DNA of 63,999 bases, filler included. It is 6 parts of 6 records of this genome, joined end to end, with 100 filler letters (N's around TTAATTAATTAA, not from the genome) between each part and the next. Parts side by side here need not be neighbours in the genome. Positions count along the whole stretch, not along the records: positions 12,364 to 26,246 come from SRR31147125_9719; positions 26,347 to 38,135 come from SRR31147125_9741; 4 more parts are not named here. The stretch is one strand, 5' to 3'. The notes beneath the pieces are model-generated. The model was not told the DNA's origin. It saw only the letters and a list, made by a program, of their open reading frames with translations, and did no database searches. Positions 20,840 to 31,199 of the stretch are shown here, piece by piece (positions within the stretch are counted from its first letter, which is position 1; every line of letters starts with the position of its first letter). The position numbers and the translations under genes are program-made.

Positions 20840-21871
20840 CTATTCTAGGTTTATGATTACTTTTAGAGCGTTTCCGCTTCTTGCTTTATCGAACGCAGAC
20901 CGCCAGTCTTCTAATGCATAGATATCTGTTGTGAAATCATCAAGCCTAACTTTGCCTGTGCTTATAAGCGCTATGCATTTTTCCCACGTTTCGAACCCTG
21001 AGCTGTAGCTGAAGTAAACATTAATCGCCTTTAGCACAGTAGCTGCCCAATCTATCTCAACACCTGTGTGAGGCAGACCTATTGCGCAGAATTTACCGTC
21101 TTTGCACAACATGTCTATGCCCTGCCGTATAGCCGCCGGCGCTCCTGACAAATCTATTACCAACTCTGCACCGCCGTCTGTCAGTTCTTTAACTTTCTTA
21201 ACGGCATCGATCTTTAAAACGTTGAGCGTTGCGGATGCTCCGTACTCCAGCGCCTTTATAAATCGGTAGTCTTCGTCTGCATCAATGCCCGTCATGTATA
21301 CTTTAGATGTTCCGCAAGCCTTTAGTATCTGCAGCGTAAGCAGAGCAATAGGACCGCAGCCGAGTATTACAGCATTCAGCCCTCCGCCTATCCCGACTTT
21401 CTCGAAAAGCGCATGCGCCGAAATCGCCATGGGTTCTATCAAAGCGGCTTCGTTATACGTCATGCTATCCGGTATCTTGTGCACAAGGCTTTCGTTCATG
21501 CATATATATTCCGCAAACGCACCGTCAATAAGGTATCCCGGCGACCTCTTATACGGACACAGATGACGCCTGCCCGAAAGACAAAACTTGCACTTTCCGC
21601 AGGCTTTCGAATGCTGCTCACATACCACTCTGTCACCCGGCTTTGCTGTAGTGACATCCGGGCCTGATTCTTCTATTATTCCGGAAAACTCGTGACCGAT
21701 AATAACAGGGGTGTCAGCGTAAAAATCCCCGTCCTGTATCTTTAAGTCTGTGCCGCATATGCCGCATGCCTTTACCTTTATCAATACCTCGTCTGAATCC
21801 GGCACAGGCTTTGGCATATCTAGGATTTCCATATTGCCTTTTCCGGGCTTTGTTTTAACTAAAGCTTTCAT
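20840..21871 (-). CDS. Zinc-dependent alcohol/polyol dehydrogenase (sorbitol DH/Tdh-like)
   Basis: CGICGTD, GHEFSG, CGKCKFC..C structural Zn site, GCGPIA. Confidence 0.9.
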   Translation of the reverse strand: MKALVKTKPGKGNMEILDMPKPVPDSDEVLIKVKACGICGTDLKIQDGDFYADTPVIIGHEFSGIIEESGPDVTTAKPGDRVVCEQHSKACGKCKFCLSGRRHLCPYKRSPGYLIDGAFAEYICMNESLVHKIPDSMTYNEAALIEPMAISAHALFEKVGIGGGLNAVILGCGPIALLTLQILKACGTSKVYMTGIDADEDYRFIKALEYGASATLNVLKIDAVKKVKELTDGGAELVIDLSGAPAAIRQGIDMLCKDGKFCAIGLPHTGVEIDWAATVLKAINVYFSYSSGFETWEKCIALISTGKVRLDDFTTDIYALEDWRSAFDKARSGNALKVIINLE

Positions 21872-21873
21872 AT

Positions 21874-22743
21874 TCAGTCCTTTTCTATGAACTCGTTAAA
21901 CAGAGTCCCTTTTACTCCTGCGTTAAACTTAAACAGTCCGCCGGACAACGGGTCTTTCTCTATATCTTTTTCGGAAAGACCGAGCCTTGATGTCGTTATA
22001 TACAGCGTGCTGAGGTCATAGTTGCCAAAAGCAACTGCGCTTGTAAGCTTTGCATCGACCTTAATCGTTGATGCTATACTGTGGCTCTTCGTATCTATGC
22101 ACACGACTCTGCCTTCTCCCCATAGAGCCACCCATATATTGCCGTTGCTGTCTATCGTCATACCGTCAGGTATTGAATCGTCGAATTTGAATTCAACATT
22201 GCGGTTAGTTATATCACCTGTTTCGGAATCGTAGTCGAACCTTAATATCTCTCCCGATAACGAATCCGTATAATACATTTTTCTTTCAGACCATACTATT
22301 CCGTTGGAGATATCGACTGGAGAAAGCGCTCTTTTAAAAGAATAGTCGCTGTCGATTCGGTAAAGCGTACCTTTACCCGTCTGCCCTTCTTTATTCATTG
22401 TACCTGCCCAAAGCCGCCCTTTTGGGTCTGCTTTTGCGTCGTTAAACCTAGTATTGTCTTCGTCTGCTTCCAGAGGCAGAACGTACTCTTTATTCAAAAA
22501 ATCATCGTCAAACTTGTATATACCGTCCTCTCCTGTTATAACGAACCCACCATCGCTTTTTTTGACCAGCGAAGTAGGCAGTATGTCTACAGCGTAGGAT
22601 ATATCTTTGTTTGCGGACGGATCATACATATGCACCTTTTTGCCCGTTATATCCAGCCAGTATAATACTCTTTCCCGTTTGCACCACAAAGGGCTTTCGC
22701 CGTGCTTTGCCTTGGCGTCCAGCACCAGTTCAGCTCGGTTCAT
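21874..22743 (-). CDS. SMP-30/gluconolactonase family sugar lactonase
   Basis: GESPLW, RFNDAKADPKGRLWAGTM, SNGIVWS, PDGMTIDSNGNIWVA. Confidence 0.92.
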   Translation of the reverse strand: MNRAELVLDAKAKHGESPLWCKRERVLYWLDITGKKVHMYDPSANKDISYAVDILPTSLVKKSDGGFVITGEDGIYKFDDDFLNKEYVLPLEADEDNTRFNDAKADPKGRLWAGTMNKEGQTGKGTLYRIDSDYSFKRALSPVDISNGIVWSERKMYYTDSLSGEILRFDYDSETGDITNRNVEFKFDDSIPDGMTIDSNGNIWVALWGEGRVVCIDTKSHSIASTIKVDAKLTSAVAFGNYDLSTLYITTSRLGLSEKDIEKDPLSGGLFKFNAGVKGTLFNEFIEKD

Positions 22744-22748
22744 AGGGG

Positions 22749-23564
22749 CTACCTCTTGCCGCCTTCAATGGCTTTGGATTCGTATGAAGGTGTACTTACG
22801 AGCTGGCTTGTCATACCGCCGTCTATAAGCACGTTTGACCCGTTGAAATATCTTGATTCGTCGCTTGCAAGGAACAGCGCTGCATCGGCGACTTCCCTTG
22901 CCGTGCCCGGTCTGCCTGCCGGTATGTTGCTGTTCCAATATGCCCTGCATTCGTCTTTATCGGGCGCTGCGTTCATGATGTCGTCCCATATCTGCGTTGC
23001 TATAAGCCCAGGCGACAAGGCGTTTACTCTTATACCTTTAGAAGCAAATTCGACAGCCAGCGATTTTGTCATGCCGACTACGCCCCATTTTGCAGCATCA
23101 TAAGGCGCCGCTCCCGGCATGCACTGGAGGGTGTGAACTGACGTTATGTTTATAATGCTGCCTTCGTGCTGTGCCTCTGCCATGTGTCTGACGGCACGCC
23201 GGGTGCACATAAATGTTCCTCTAAGGTCTACGTTTATTACTCTGTCGAAGTCTCCAAGTGTTGTATCAAGAAACGGTTTGTCAAAGTTTACTCCGGCGTT
23301 GTTGACGAGAACATCTATACTGCCGTACTCTTTTATAGCAGCAGCAAACAGTTTGTCGACTTGCTCTTCTATGGAAACATCGCACTCTACGAATATTGAT
23401 TCCCCGCCCGAGGAGTTTATCTCGTCACTTACCGGCTTTCCCGTCAGCGCACGCCTTGAAGAGCAGACTACTCTGCCGCCTTCCTGCGCAAACCTAAAAG
23501 CGATCTCTTTCCCTATGCCTGCGCCGCATCCTGTTACTACACAAACCTTGTTTTTTAGCCTCAT
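22749..23564 (-). CDS. SDR family oxidoreductase (sugar dehydrogenase-like)
   Basis: TGCGAGIG, NNAG, SVH..YDAAK. Confidence 0.9.
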   Translation of the reverse strand: MRLKNKVCVVTGCGAGIGKEIAFRFAQEGGRVVCSSRRALTGKPVSDEINSSGGESIFVECDVSIEEQVDKLFAAAIKEYGSIDVLVNNAGVNFDKPFLDTTLGDFDRVINVDLRGTFMCTRRAVRHMAEAQHEGSIINITSVHTLQCMPGAAPYDAAKWGVVGMTKSLAVEFASKGIRVNALSPGLIATQIWDDIMNAAPDKDECRAYWNSNIPAGRPGTAREVADAALFLASDESRYFNGSNVLIDGGMTSQLVSTPSYESKAIEGGKR

Positions 23565-23596
23565 TCGCTCATCTCCTTTAAACCAAGCTTATAGTT

Positions 23597-24592
23597 TTAA
23601 GCTTTTGCTTTTGCCATGTTGACGGCATTTTCACGCCTGCGTTTAAGAATGGTGTCAAGAACAACAGCAAATATCAATATCGCTCCTGTCATTACGTTCT
23701 GCCAGTAAACATCGACGCCCATCATATTAAGTGCATTGATGATTATCGCCATAAGCAGCGAACCGAGGAACGCCCCAAGCACCGTACCCTCGCCGCCGGA
23801 AAGACTGGCTCCGCCGATAACGCACGCTGTAATGACCTTCATCTCAAGCCCCAGCCCGATGTTTGTTGAAGCACTGGCAAGCCTTGCCGACATGACTATT
23901 CCGGCAAGCGCTGCAAGCACCCCGACTATGATATAGTTTATTATCTTGACTTTCTTTACCTTGATACCCGTCATGATTGCCGCTTTTTCGTTTCCGCCGA
24001 CGTAATAGCTCTGCCTGAAGAACTTGGTTTTTCTTAGCAACAGGTCAAATATTATAACTATTACAAGCGTTATAATTATAGGGATCTGTATGCCATTGGT
24101 TCCGCCTACCATGCCCTGGCCTATTACTGTATATGAATCCGGAAGGTTTATGACGGTTACGCCTTTTGCGAATATAAGCACAAAGCCTCTTACTATCTGC
24201 ATCATACCCAGCGTAACTATAAACGGATTTATCTGCCACCGTGAGATTATCGTGCCACTTATAAAGCCTATCAAAGCGCCTATCAGAAGACCCATTATTA
24301 TACTTAGCACCACTGGCACTCCGCTGTTAATGAAAAGGCAGGTAATTACGCCCGAAAGAGCCATCGTTGAACCTATTGATAAATCCAGCCCTCCCGATAC
24401 GAGCAGCACCGCCATTCCTGCCGCTATCATCGCCTCTACGCTTAGCCCGAGGAAAATAGCTTTTATGTTTCCGAAGGTGAAGAATTTCTTTGATACTATA
24501 CTTAGAACTATCGAACCGAGTATTATAAGAACCACCAGAACGGATTCCCTCGCTTCGAATACCTTTTTGACCATGCCTTTGATTTTGTCCAT
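23597..24592 (-). CDS. Sugar ABC transporter permease
   Basis: SGGLDLSIGS, GGNEKAA, VIGGASLSGGEG. Confidence 0.92.
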   Translation of the reverse strand: MDKIKGMVKKVFEARESVLVVLIILGSIVLSIVSKKFFTFGNIKAIFLGLSVEAMIAAGMAVLLVSGGLDLSIGSTMALSGVITCLFINSGVPVVLSIIMGLLIGALIGFISGTIISRWQINPFIVTLGMMQIVRGFVLIFAKGVTVINLPDSYTVIGQGMVGGTNGIQIPIIITLVIVIIFDLLLRKTKFFRQSYYVGGNEKAAIMTGIKVKKVKIINYIIVGVLAALAGIVMSARLASASTNIGLGLEMKVITACVIGGASLSGGEGTVLGAFLGSLLMAIIINALNMMGVDVYWQNVMTGAILIFAVVLDTILKRRRENAVNMAKAKA

Positions 24593-24639
24593 GCCTCTTT
24601 CCTCCTTAAACCCCCTTAGCTTTTTGGGGAGCATATAAA

Positions 24640-26146
24640 TTAAGCTCGCACGCCCGTAGCGTAAGAAATGATATTTTCTTCGTTTGCTTCTTTGTTGTTA
24701 AGCTCGCCCACAACCCTGCCGCTTTTCATAACTACTATGTTGTCGCTTATGCTGAGAACCTCTAACAGATCTGACGATATGACTATTACTGCGACGCCTG
24801 AGTCTGCTAACTTTCTCAGTATCTCGTATATCTCTGCTTTTGCACCGACGTCCACTCCCTTTGTAGGCTCGTCTGCAATAAGCACTTTAGGCTGTATACC
24901 AAGCCACATAGACAGCAGGACCTTCTGCTGGTTGCCGCCAGAGAGGTTGCGTGCAAACTGACTTATAGACGGTGTTGATACATTAAACTTGTCTACACAC
25001 ATCTTTGCATAGTCGTCCATGAGTTTGTTGTCGAGTACACCAAGAAATTTCTTTGCAAAGCGGCTTAGCTTCGGCGCTACGCAGTTCTCTTTAATCGATG
25101 AGTTGAGGAACAGCCCTTCCAGCTTCCTGTTTTCGGAAGTGTATGCGATACCCATTTTTATTGCGTCTGTGGACGAACCCGCTTCTACTTTCTTTCCTTC
25201 AAGGAGCACCTCGCCGGACTTTGCTTTATCAAGACCGAAAAGCGTTCTTGCGAACTCGCTTCGACCTGCGCCTATAAGCCCCGCCATTCCGAGTATTTCT
25301 CCTGCGTGTACCTTTATTGAAATATCTTTAAACAGCGATTCATGAGTAAGACCTCTTGTTTCCAGAACCACTCTTTTTTTATCGATCTTGTTTTGCCGGT
25401 CTATATATTCGTGCGATACGTCTCGCCCTACCATCAGGCTGACTATTTTTTCTTCGTTTACGTCGCTGATGCTGACAGTGTCTACAAACTTGCCGTCTTT
25501 TAAAACTGTGGCACGGTCGGCAATCTCGAATATCTCTTGAAGGTGATGAGAAATGTATATGATGGATATGCCTGACTCTTTTAGAGTTTTGATATTCTTG
25601 AACAGCCTTTTTGTTTCTACCTGAGTCAGCGACGACGTAGGCTCATCAAGTATGAGAACCTTTGGTTTGTTCGATATCGCTTTTAATATCTCTACGACCT
25701 GCTGCTTTGCTATCGTCAGAAGCTTTACAGGCAGCATCGGGTTTATGTCTTCACCGAAAGTGTCAAGCAGCTCTTTCGCCTGTTTTTTCAGCTTGTCTTT
25801 AGATATGATGCCGAGCCTGTTTGCAGGCTGACGTTTTGTGAATATGTTTTCCGCAACGCTTAGTTCGGGTATGAGTGAGAGCTCCTGAAACACTATACCA
25901 ATTCCGTGCTCTTGTGCGTCTATAGGGCTTTTGCAGACTATCTCTTCTCCGTCCATATATATGTCCGCTGTTTGGTTTGTGTATGCCCCCAAGGACATGC
26001 ATAAGCGTAGACTTGCCTGCGCCGTTTTCCCCGACCACCGCATGAACTTCGCCTTTTTTCAGCTTGAAGTCTACTTTGTCAAGAGCCAGCACGCCCGGAA
26101 AAAGCTTTGAAATGCCCCTTGCTTCAAGTACATAATTTTCCTGCAT
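24640..26146 (-). CDS. Sugar ABC transporter ATP-binding protein; frameshift near 25965
   Basis: [28 protein letters not shown] in one frame; LDEPT and LSGGNQQK in the other. Confidence 0.9.
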
Positions 26147-26246
26147 AATAACGAAAATCTCCTTTACAGAACTGGGAAGACATGGCGCAGCCATGCCTTC
26201 CGCTGCCTTTTGTAATACCAGTTATCCGCCTTTAGGCTAGTCCCTT

Positions 26247-26346
26247 NNNNNNNNNNNNNNNNNNNNNNNNNNNNNNNNNNNNNNNNNNNNTTAATTAATT
26301 AANNNNNNNNNNNNNNNNNNNNNNNNNNNNNNNNNNNNNNNNNNNN
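26247..26346. other. Artificial contig linker
   Basis: N-run + TTAATTAATTAA + N-run. Confidence 0.99.
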
Positions 26347-27844
26347 TTTTTCTAACCCAATTTTTAGCGACGTTTAAATCTCTTGTCAAGGCAATAGGAT
26401 ACTCATTATTTAGTTCGCTATAAAGCATACTTGCATTTTTGGCATCAACATCAAGAAGTGCCTTTACAAAATCAGATACTTTTTCACTCCTGAAGGATCT
26501 TAAGGATACTGATAAATGCATATCTGTATTGACTTTATATGATAAATCTTTAACCAAGTCTTCGAACGATCCAGTCCCTACATATTCGCTATCATAAAGT
26601 TTGTTAGATACATGTATATTCCATTCAGGATAATTTCTACGAAGAGCATCAAACCATTCTTTTAGGCCTGCCTCACCTTTGTTAATCTCTTGACCTCCAC
26701 CAATTAGACAGATTATAACTGCCCAGTCTTTATGTCTATCCATATAGTTTATTAGAAACTCTGGCTCTGTCATATTGAAATCAGGAACTCCCTTTTTTCG
26801 TTTCATAAAATCCGCAAGCTTCGGTTCGTCCCAAGCTCTTTGCGCTTCATCGAATATTGCTACTTTTTCTATTGGAGGTGTGTCTACAGAAACAGCATCA
26901 TCTCTAAAGTGATGTATAATTTGAATAAATGCTTTAGATTTTCTTAATGCTTCTTTTTTTGTTATTCCTTCTCTCTCTTTCTCATCTCTTGCTAGTGCTT
27001 CCTGAAGCACATCTACCAAAGGCTTATTTCCTGATAAAAAAACCGCGTGTTCCTCATTCTCAAACTTATGTCTTTCATTTGCAATATTTAGACCAGCTAA
27101 GGTTTTTCCTGCGCCAGGTACACCAGTAATAAAGCAAATAGATTTGTGATTTTTCAACTTGCTTTCATCTATGATTGTGTTTACGGCCATAGTTGTTTTG
27201 TTTAAATTAATTGCTCCTGCATCACTGCGAGAGATATCCTTAACATCATGTCCTCTATAAAGTGCCTGAGCTGCTTCGATAATTGTAGGTGTAGGCATAT
27301 ATTGTGAGTTAATCCATTGCTCTGGTTTGATTTTAAAATCACTAGCGAAATCACATATTTTACTTATAATTTCATTTAAGTTGTACTGGTTGCAAAGTAC
27401 AACGTCAAATATTCTATCAGAGGAAACATTTATTTCATTTGCTACGTCCTCAGCGCCTGTGCAAATCAAAATAGGGACTATTTTTTTATTATGACTTTCC
27501 TTATGGAAATATTTTAGATCGAGTGCATAATCCATAACTTGATCAATATCATGACTGGTGTATTCATGTGAACCTACCTTGAATTCAAGAAGAAAAATCA
27601 AATCTTCCTTTATCAAGATGTTATCGATACGATTGCCGATTCTTGGGATAGTATATTCGAATAGGATATATCCCTCATTTATTGAAGCAAGCTCTCGTTT
27701 CAGGATTTGAATTTCTTGAATCCATGTGTTTCTTTGCAAGTCTTCAAGTGAAAACTGATTGTTTTTCGTTAATTCACCTAAAATATGATTTTCATTTCTT
27801 AAAATAAATGTAGCTACTGAACTGCTGTAATATGCTCTTTTCAC
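26347..27844 (-). CDS. DUF2075 (Schlafen-associated SF1-like) helicase with N-terminal nuclease-like domain; 3' truncated
   Basis: RIDNIL..LLEFKVG PD-(D/E)xK-like motif; GVPGAGKT Walker A; IFDEAQRAW Walker B; LIGGGQEINKGEAG; LSVSLRSFR. Confidence 0.82.
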
Positions 27845-27904
27845 GTTGCTCTCCTATGAGTATAGATTTTTCATGAATATATGAAATGCTTGAACAATAT
27901 TGTA

Positions 27905-28285
27905 TTATATCTTTGAGATTTTTTTAGCGATAGGAATATCGGCAGGTAATAAATCATAATCTAATAGCTTTGGTTTAGAAACCCACATTAGCTCATCGTG
28001 TACACTTAATTTAATGTTTCCATTTGTTATTTTTGTTTTAAATGCAATAAGTTTAATCGTGTAATCAGAATATTCATATATACTTTCATGTATTAAACTT
28101 ACAGGCGTAATTTCTATGTCAAGCTCTTCCTTGATCTCTCTTATTAAGCTCTGTTCGGGTGTTTCGCCTTCTTCAATTTTGCCTCCTGGAAACTCCCATT
28201 TTCCCGCATGTTTTTGACTGTTAGCTCTTTTTAGAATTAGTACACTATCTTTTTCAGATATTACTGCAGCAACAACATTGATCAC
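27905..28285 (-). CDS. NUDIX (MutT/NudG-like) nucleoside triphosphate pyrophosphohydrolase
   Basis: WEFPGGKIEEGETPEQSLIREIKEEL Nudix box; LLPADIPI. Confidence 0.93.
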   Translation of the reverse strand: MINVVAAVISEKDSVLILKRANSQKHAGKWEFPGGKIEEGETPEQSLIREIKEELDIEITPVSLIHESIYEYSDYTIKLIAFKTKITNGNIKLSVHDELMWVSKPKLLDYDLLPADIPIAKKISKI

Positions 28286-28513
28286 TATTAACTTATACTC
28301 CTTATGTCTATTTATATATATTATAACATTTTATGTTTCTACTACCAAATCAATTTCGATTTTTATTAGAAAGTTTAAGCTGTTCGCATATTTACCAAGT
28401 GCTAGAAGTAATTATTTAATTTTATTATAAATAAAATATGACAAAGGTGTATACAGATTATTATAAAGGTTTAGAGTAGTTGCATTTAAATGATAAAATA
28501 GTTTCACCACAAG

Positions 28514-28546
28514 TTATGCACAGTGGTTATCCACAGCTGTGCATAA
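28514..28546. promoter_or_regulatory. Cluster of three DnaA boxes
   Basis: TTATGCACA (28514-28522), TTATCCACA (28527-28535), TGTGCATAA (28538-28546, inverted); all match TTATNCACA. Confidence 0.75.
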
Positions 28547-28639
28547 GTTTGAGATTTAATTGTTATCAAATATAGGTTCTATATCAATTCTATCGACTTT
28601 TAAATGGACGATGTTATATTTATTGGCTGCCGTATAAAA

Positions 28640-29517
28640 TTAACGATGCAATTTTTTAGATATCATCGCTCTTAGTTCGGAGCTTCTTTTAATTGCAAAC
28701 AGAGTTGCTGTTAATGGAAGTGTTACTGCATTAACTATAATTGACCATGATATAGCGATGTTGGATTTTAGATAATAGTGAAGTATGATGTCGACAGCTA
28801 AACAAATTATTGATATATCTAGAATTAAAACCATTAACAAACTCGATGTACTGCTTGTTGCCGCTTTAATAACAAAATATGAAATAAGCGACAAAACTAG
28901 CGCTGTAAGGCTAATCGACGTCATGATATAGATGGTTGTTTGCTGATTTCCTACAAACAGTACCGCTAATAGTGCTAATATAAACGATGCAAATACGTAG
29001 AATAATGTGATAGGCAAAAATTTTCTGATTCTATCAGTTAATATGATACCCGCAATTATTATCCAAAGTGCCAGTATTCCTACACTGGTATAGCTTGACC
29101 AACTAAATTGCTTAGATATAACGATATTGAGTAAAACTAAATATATTGCAACAGCGATACAATCAAGAGTGAACAACCGAAAGAAGGTGTTGCGCTTTTT
29201 AAAAAAGGATAAGCAACGCATATGCTTAGTAATGCCAAAGATAAAATAGGTATTAAAGACCAACTTACTCCAGTGCTCGTTAAAATATCAACAAAAAAGG
29301 TTACTAATGAGTAGATGATAAATTGCACCAAAAGAATAATGCCTGTTAAAATCTGCTTGATTCTTTTTTCTTCACTTATTGTGCTGATACGATAATCAGG
29401 ATAATCTGAATCGATCTCACTTTCATCGTTATTAGGATCAAGAACCTCCGTCTGACACAAGGGACACGAGCTATGATAGCCTGATAATTCTACACCACAA
29501 TGAACACAATACGCCAT
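28640..29517 (-). CDS. Zinc-ribbon membrane protein (DUF6320-like), split by a frameshift near 29200
   Basis: MAYCVHCGVEL..CPLCQT zinc ribbon; multiple TM helices; C-terminal ELRAMISKKLHR. Confidence 0.7.
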
Positions 29518-29527
29518 AATCTTCTCC

Positions 29528-30832
29528 TTATAAATTGCTTTTTAGTTTTACTTTTGCGCCCATTTTTACTAAGCGTCTAAATACATGCTTTTCTATATAC
29601 GTTTCTTTAATACTTCTTCCAAATGTAATATAAATATTACCATCGTAACCAAGCATACCACATGAGCATTTATCATGCGAAGAAGGTCCGAGATAGAATT
29701 TTAAATTTTCCACATGTGATTGCATTTCTGTTGGTAGTTTGACCATTCCTAGGTTAGAAATTGTACCAGAATATTGCGTGGAACTCTGTGTTTTGCTTAT
29801 GTAGTTTATCGCCATATTTTTTAGTGGAGACGGTACGTGCGCTAAAAGCTTATTTTTTGCAAGTGTGCAATTTTCGTGAACCATAGAAAGCAGATAACTA
29901 TGAGATAAATATTGTGCCATAAACCGCTTAATTTCAATAGTGATATCTTCAAACTTTGAGATACTTCTTGGGTCAATACTTGGCAAAATAAACAAAGAGA
30001 AGTTTCTCATACATTTTATTGGGTAAAAATTGCGCATATTCACTGGTATCTGAACAGACACATTTTTGTGTTTTCTTTTATCTTTTACCTGCTTGGATTG
30101 CAAATGCATTAAAGCTTCAAGGTATAGCGAAGCTAATAACTGTGTTATGGTTAAATCATATTGTTTTGATATAGTTTTTAAATCGCTTATTGAAACAATT
30201 CCTGTTATTACTTTATTAACTCCAGTTGAAAACATTCGACCACTGACTTTGAACGATTTGTTGCTGCTAAAAAGTGTACGATCTTTGTTTACATCAGGTG
30301 CTTTAGGGTGTTTTCTTACAACAGTTAAAAATGCATCCGTATATTCTTCGCTAGATGGATTTTGTTTAATATCCATAATACCTGGCGTTTCGCCTTTGAT
30401 GTTTTTTGAAAGCAGGAGATATTGGTTGACTAAACACTTTAAAAACTCTAATGAACCTGATCCATCCGTAAGTACATGGAACATCTCAAGTGCAATTGTC
30501 TTTCCGTAAAATTTTACTTTATATAAATACCCATTATTAAACTTAGGGTATATCCTTTCACAAGGAGAGGGAGTATCGTGCCAAACTAAAAGCTCATTGT
30601 TGTTCTGCTCTAAGTAATGCCAAAAAAGACCGTTTTTCATACTAACATTAAAATAGGGGAATCGAGGCTTGATGTTGTTGAGCGCATTTAGTAATATGTT
30701 TTCGTCAATGATATGAGTCAAACACATAGATATCCTAAAGATAGCTGGGTTTCTTGATGATTCTATAGCAGGATATATTTTTGCAGAAGTATCCAATGTA
30801 TACCATTTTAGCTTTTTATTCATGATCATCAC
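29528..30832 (-). CDS. Alcohol acetyltransferase / condensation-domain-like acyltransferase
   Basis: WYTLDTSAKIYP, GLFWHY, HxxxDG motif FHVLTDGSG, IPVNMR, SNLG. Confidence 0.75.
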   Translation of the reverse strand: MMIMNKKLKWYTLDTSAKIYPAIESSRNPAIFRISMCLTHIIDENILLNALNNIKPRFPYFNVSMKNGLFWHYLEQNNNELLVWHDTPSPCERIYPKFNNGYLYKVKFYGKTIALEMFHVLTDGSGSLEFLKCLVNQYLLLSKNIKGETPGIMDIKQNPSSEEYTDAFLTVVRKHPKAPDVNKDRTLFSSNKSFKVSGRMFSTGVNKVITGIVSISDLKTISKQYDLTITQLLASLYLEALMHLQSKQVKDKRKHKNVSVQIPVNMRNFYPIKCMRNFSLFILPSIDPRSISKFEDITIEIKRFMAQYLSHSYLLSMVHENCTLAKNKLLAHVPSPLKNMAINYISKTQSSTQYSGTISNLGMVKLPTEMQSHVENLKFYLGPSSHDKCSCGMLGYDGNIYITFGRSIKETYIEKHVFRRLVKMGAKVKLKSNL

Positions 30833-31199
30833 ACTCCTTCATTATTATATCACATCGTTAATGAATTTATTTGGTAATAAATCAAAAACTATCAGTTGAT
30901 TTTTCTTTATATCTTCTTTCTGCTTGAAATTTTTGTATACAAAAAGCATATAGTAATATAACCACATGCGTAATTATTAGAGCTTAAATGTAGTTGCTTC
31001 ATTAAAAGCATAAATAACTCATTATTTTAGTGCAGATAAACACATCGCTGTTTTTGTATCCACATATATTCAAAAAGTATTTTCATCTAAGAATGACAGT
31101 TTTTGTTTCTATCTGATATTACTATTTAAGTAAAACTAATCTGATACAATATCTCTAATGCTCCTTCAAAATCAAACATCTGTATAACTCCTTTGGTTT

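Noticed and set aside
28400-28550. Chromosomal oriC
   Set aside because: Only three boxes and no dnaA, dnaN, rpmH or gidA context; kept as an orphan DnaA-box cluster
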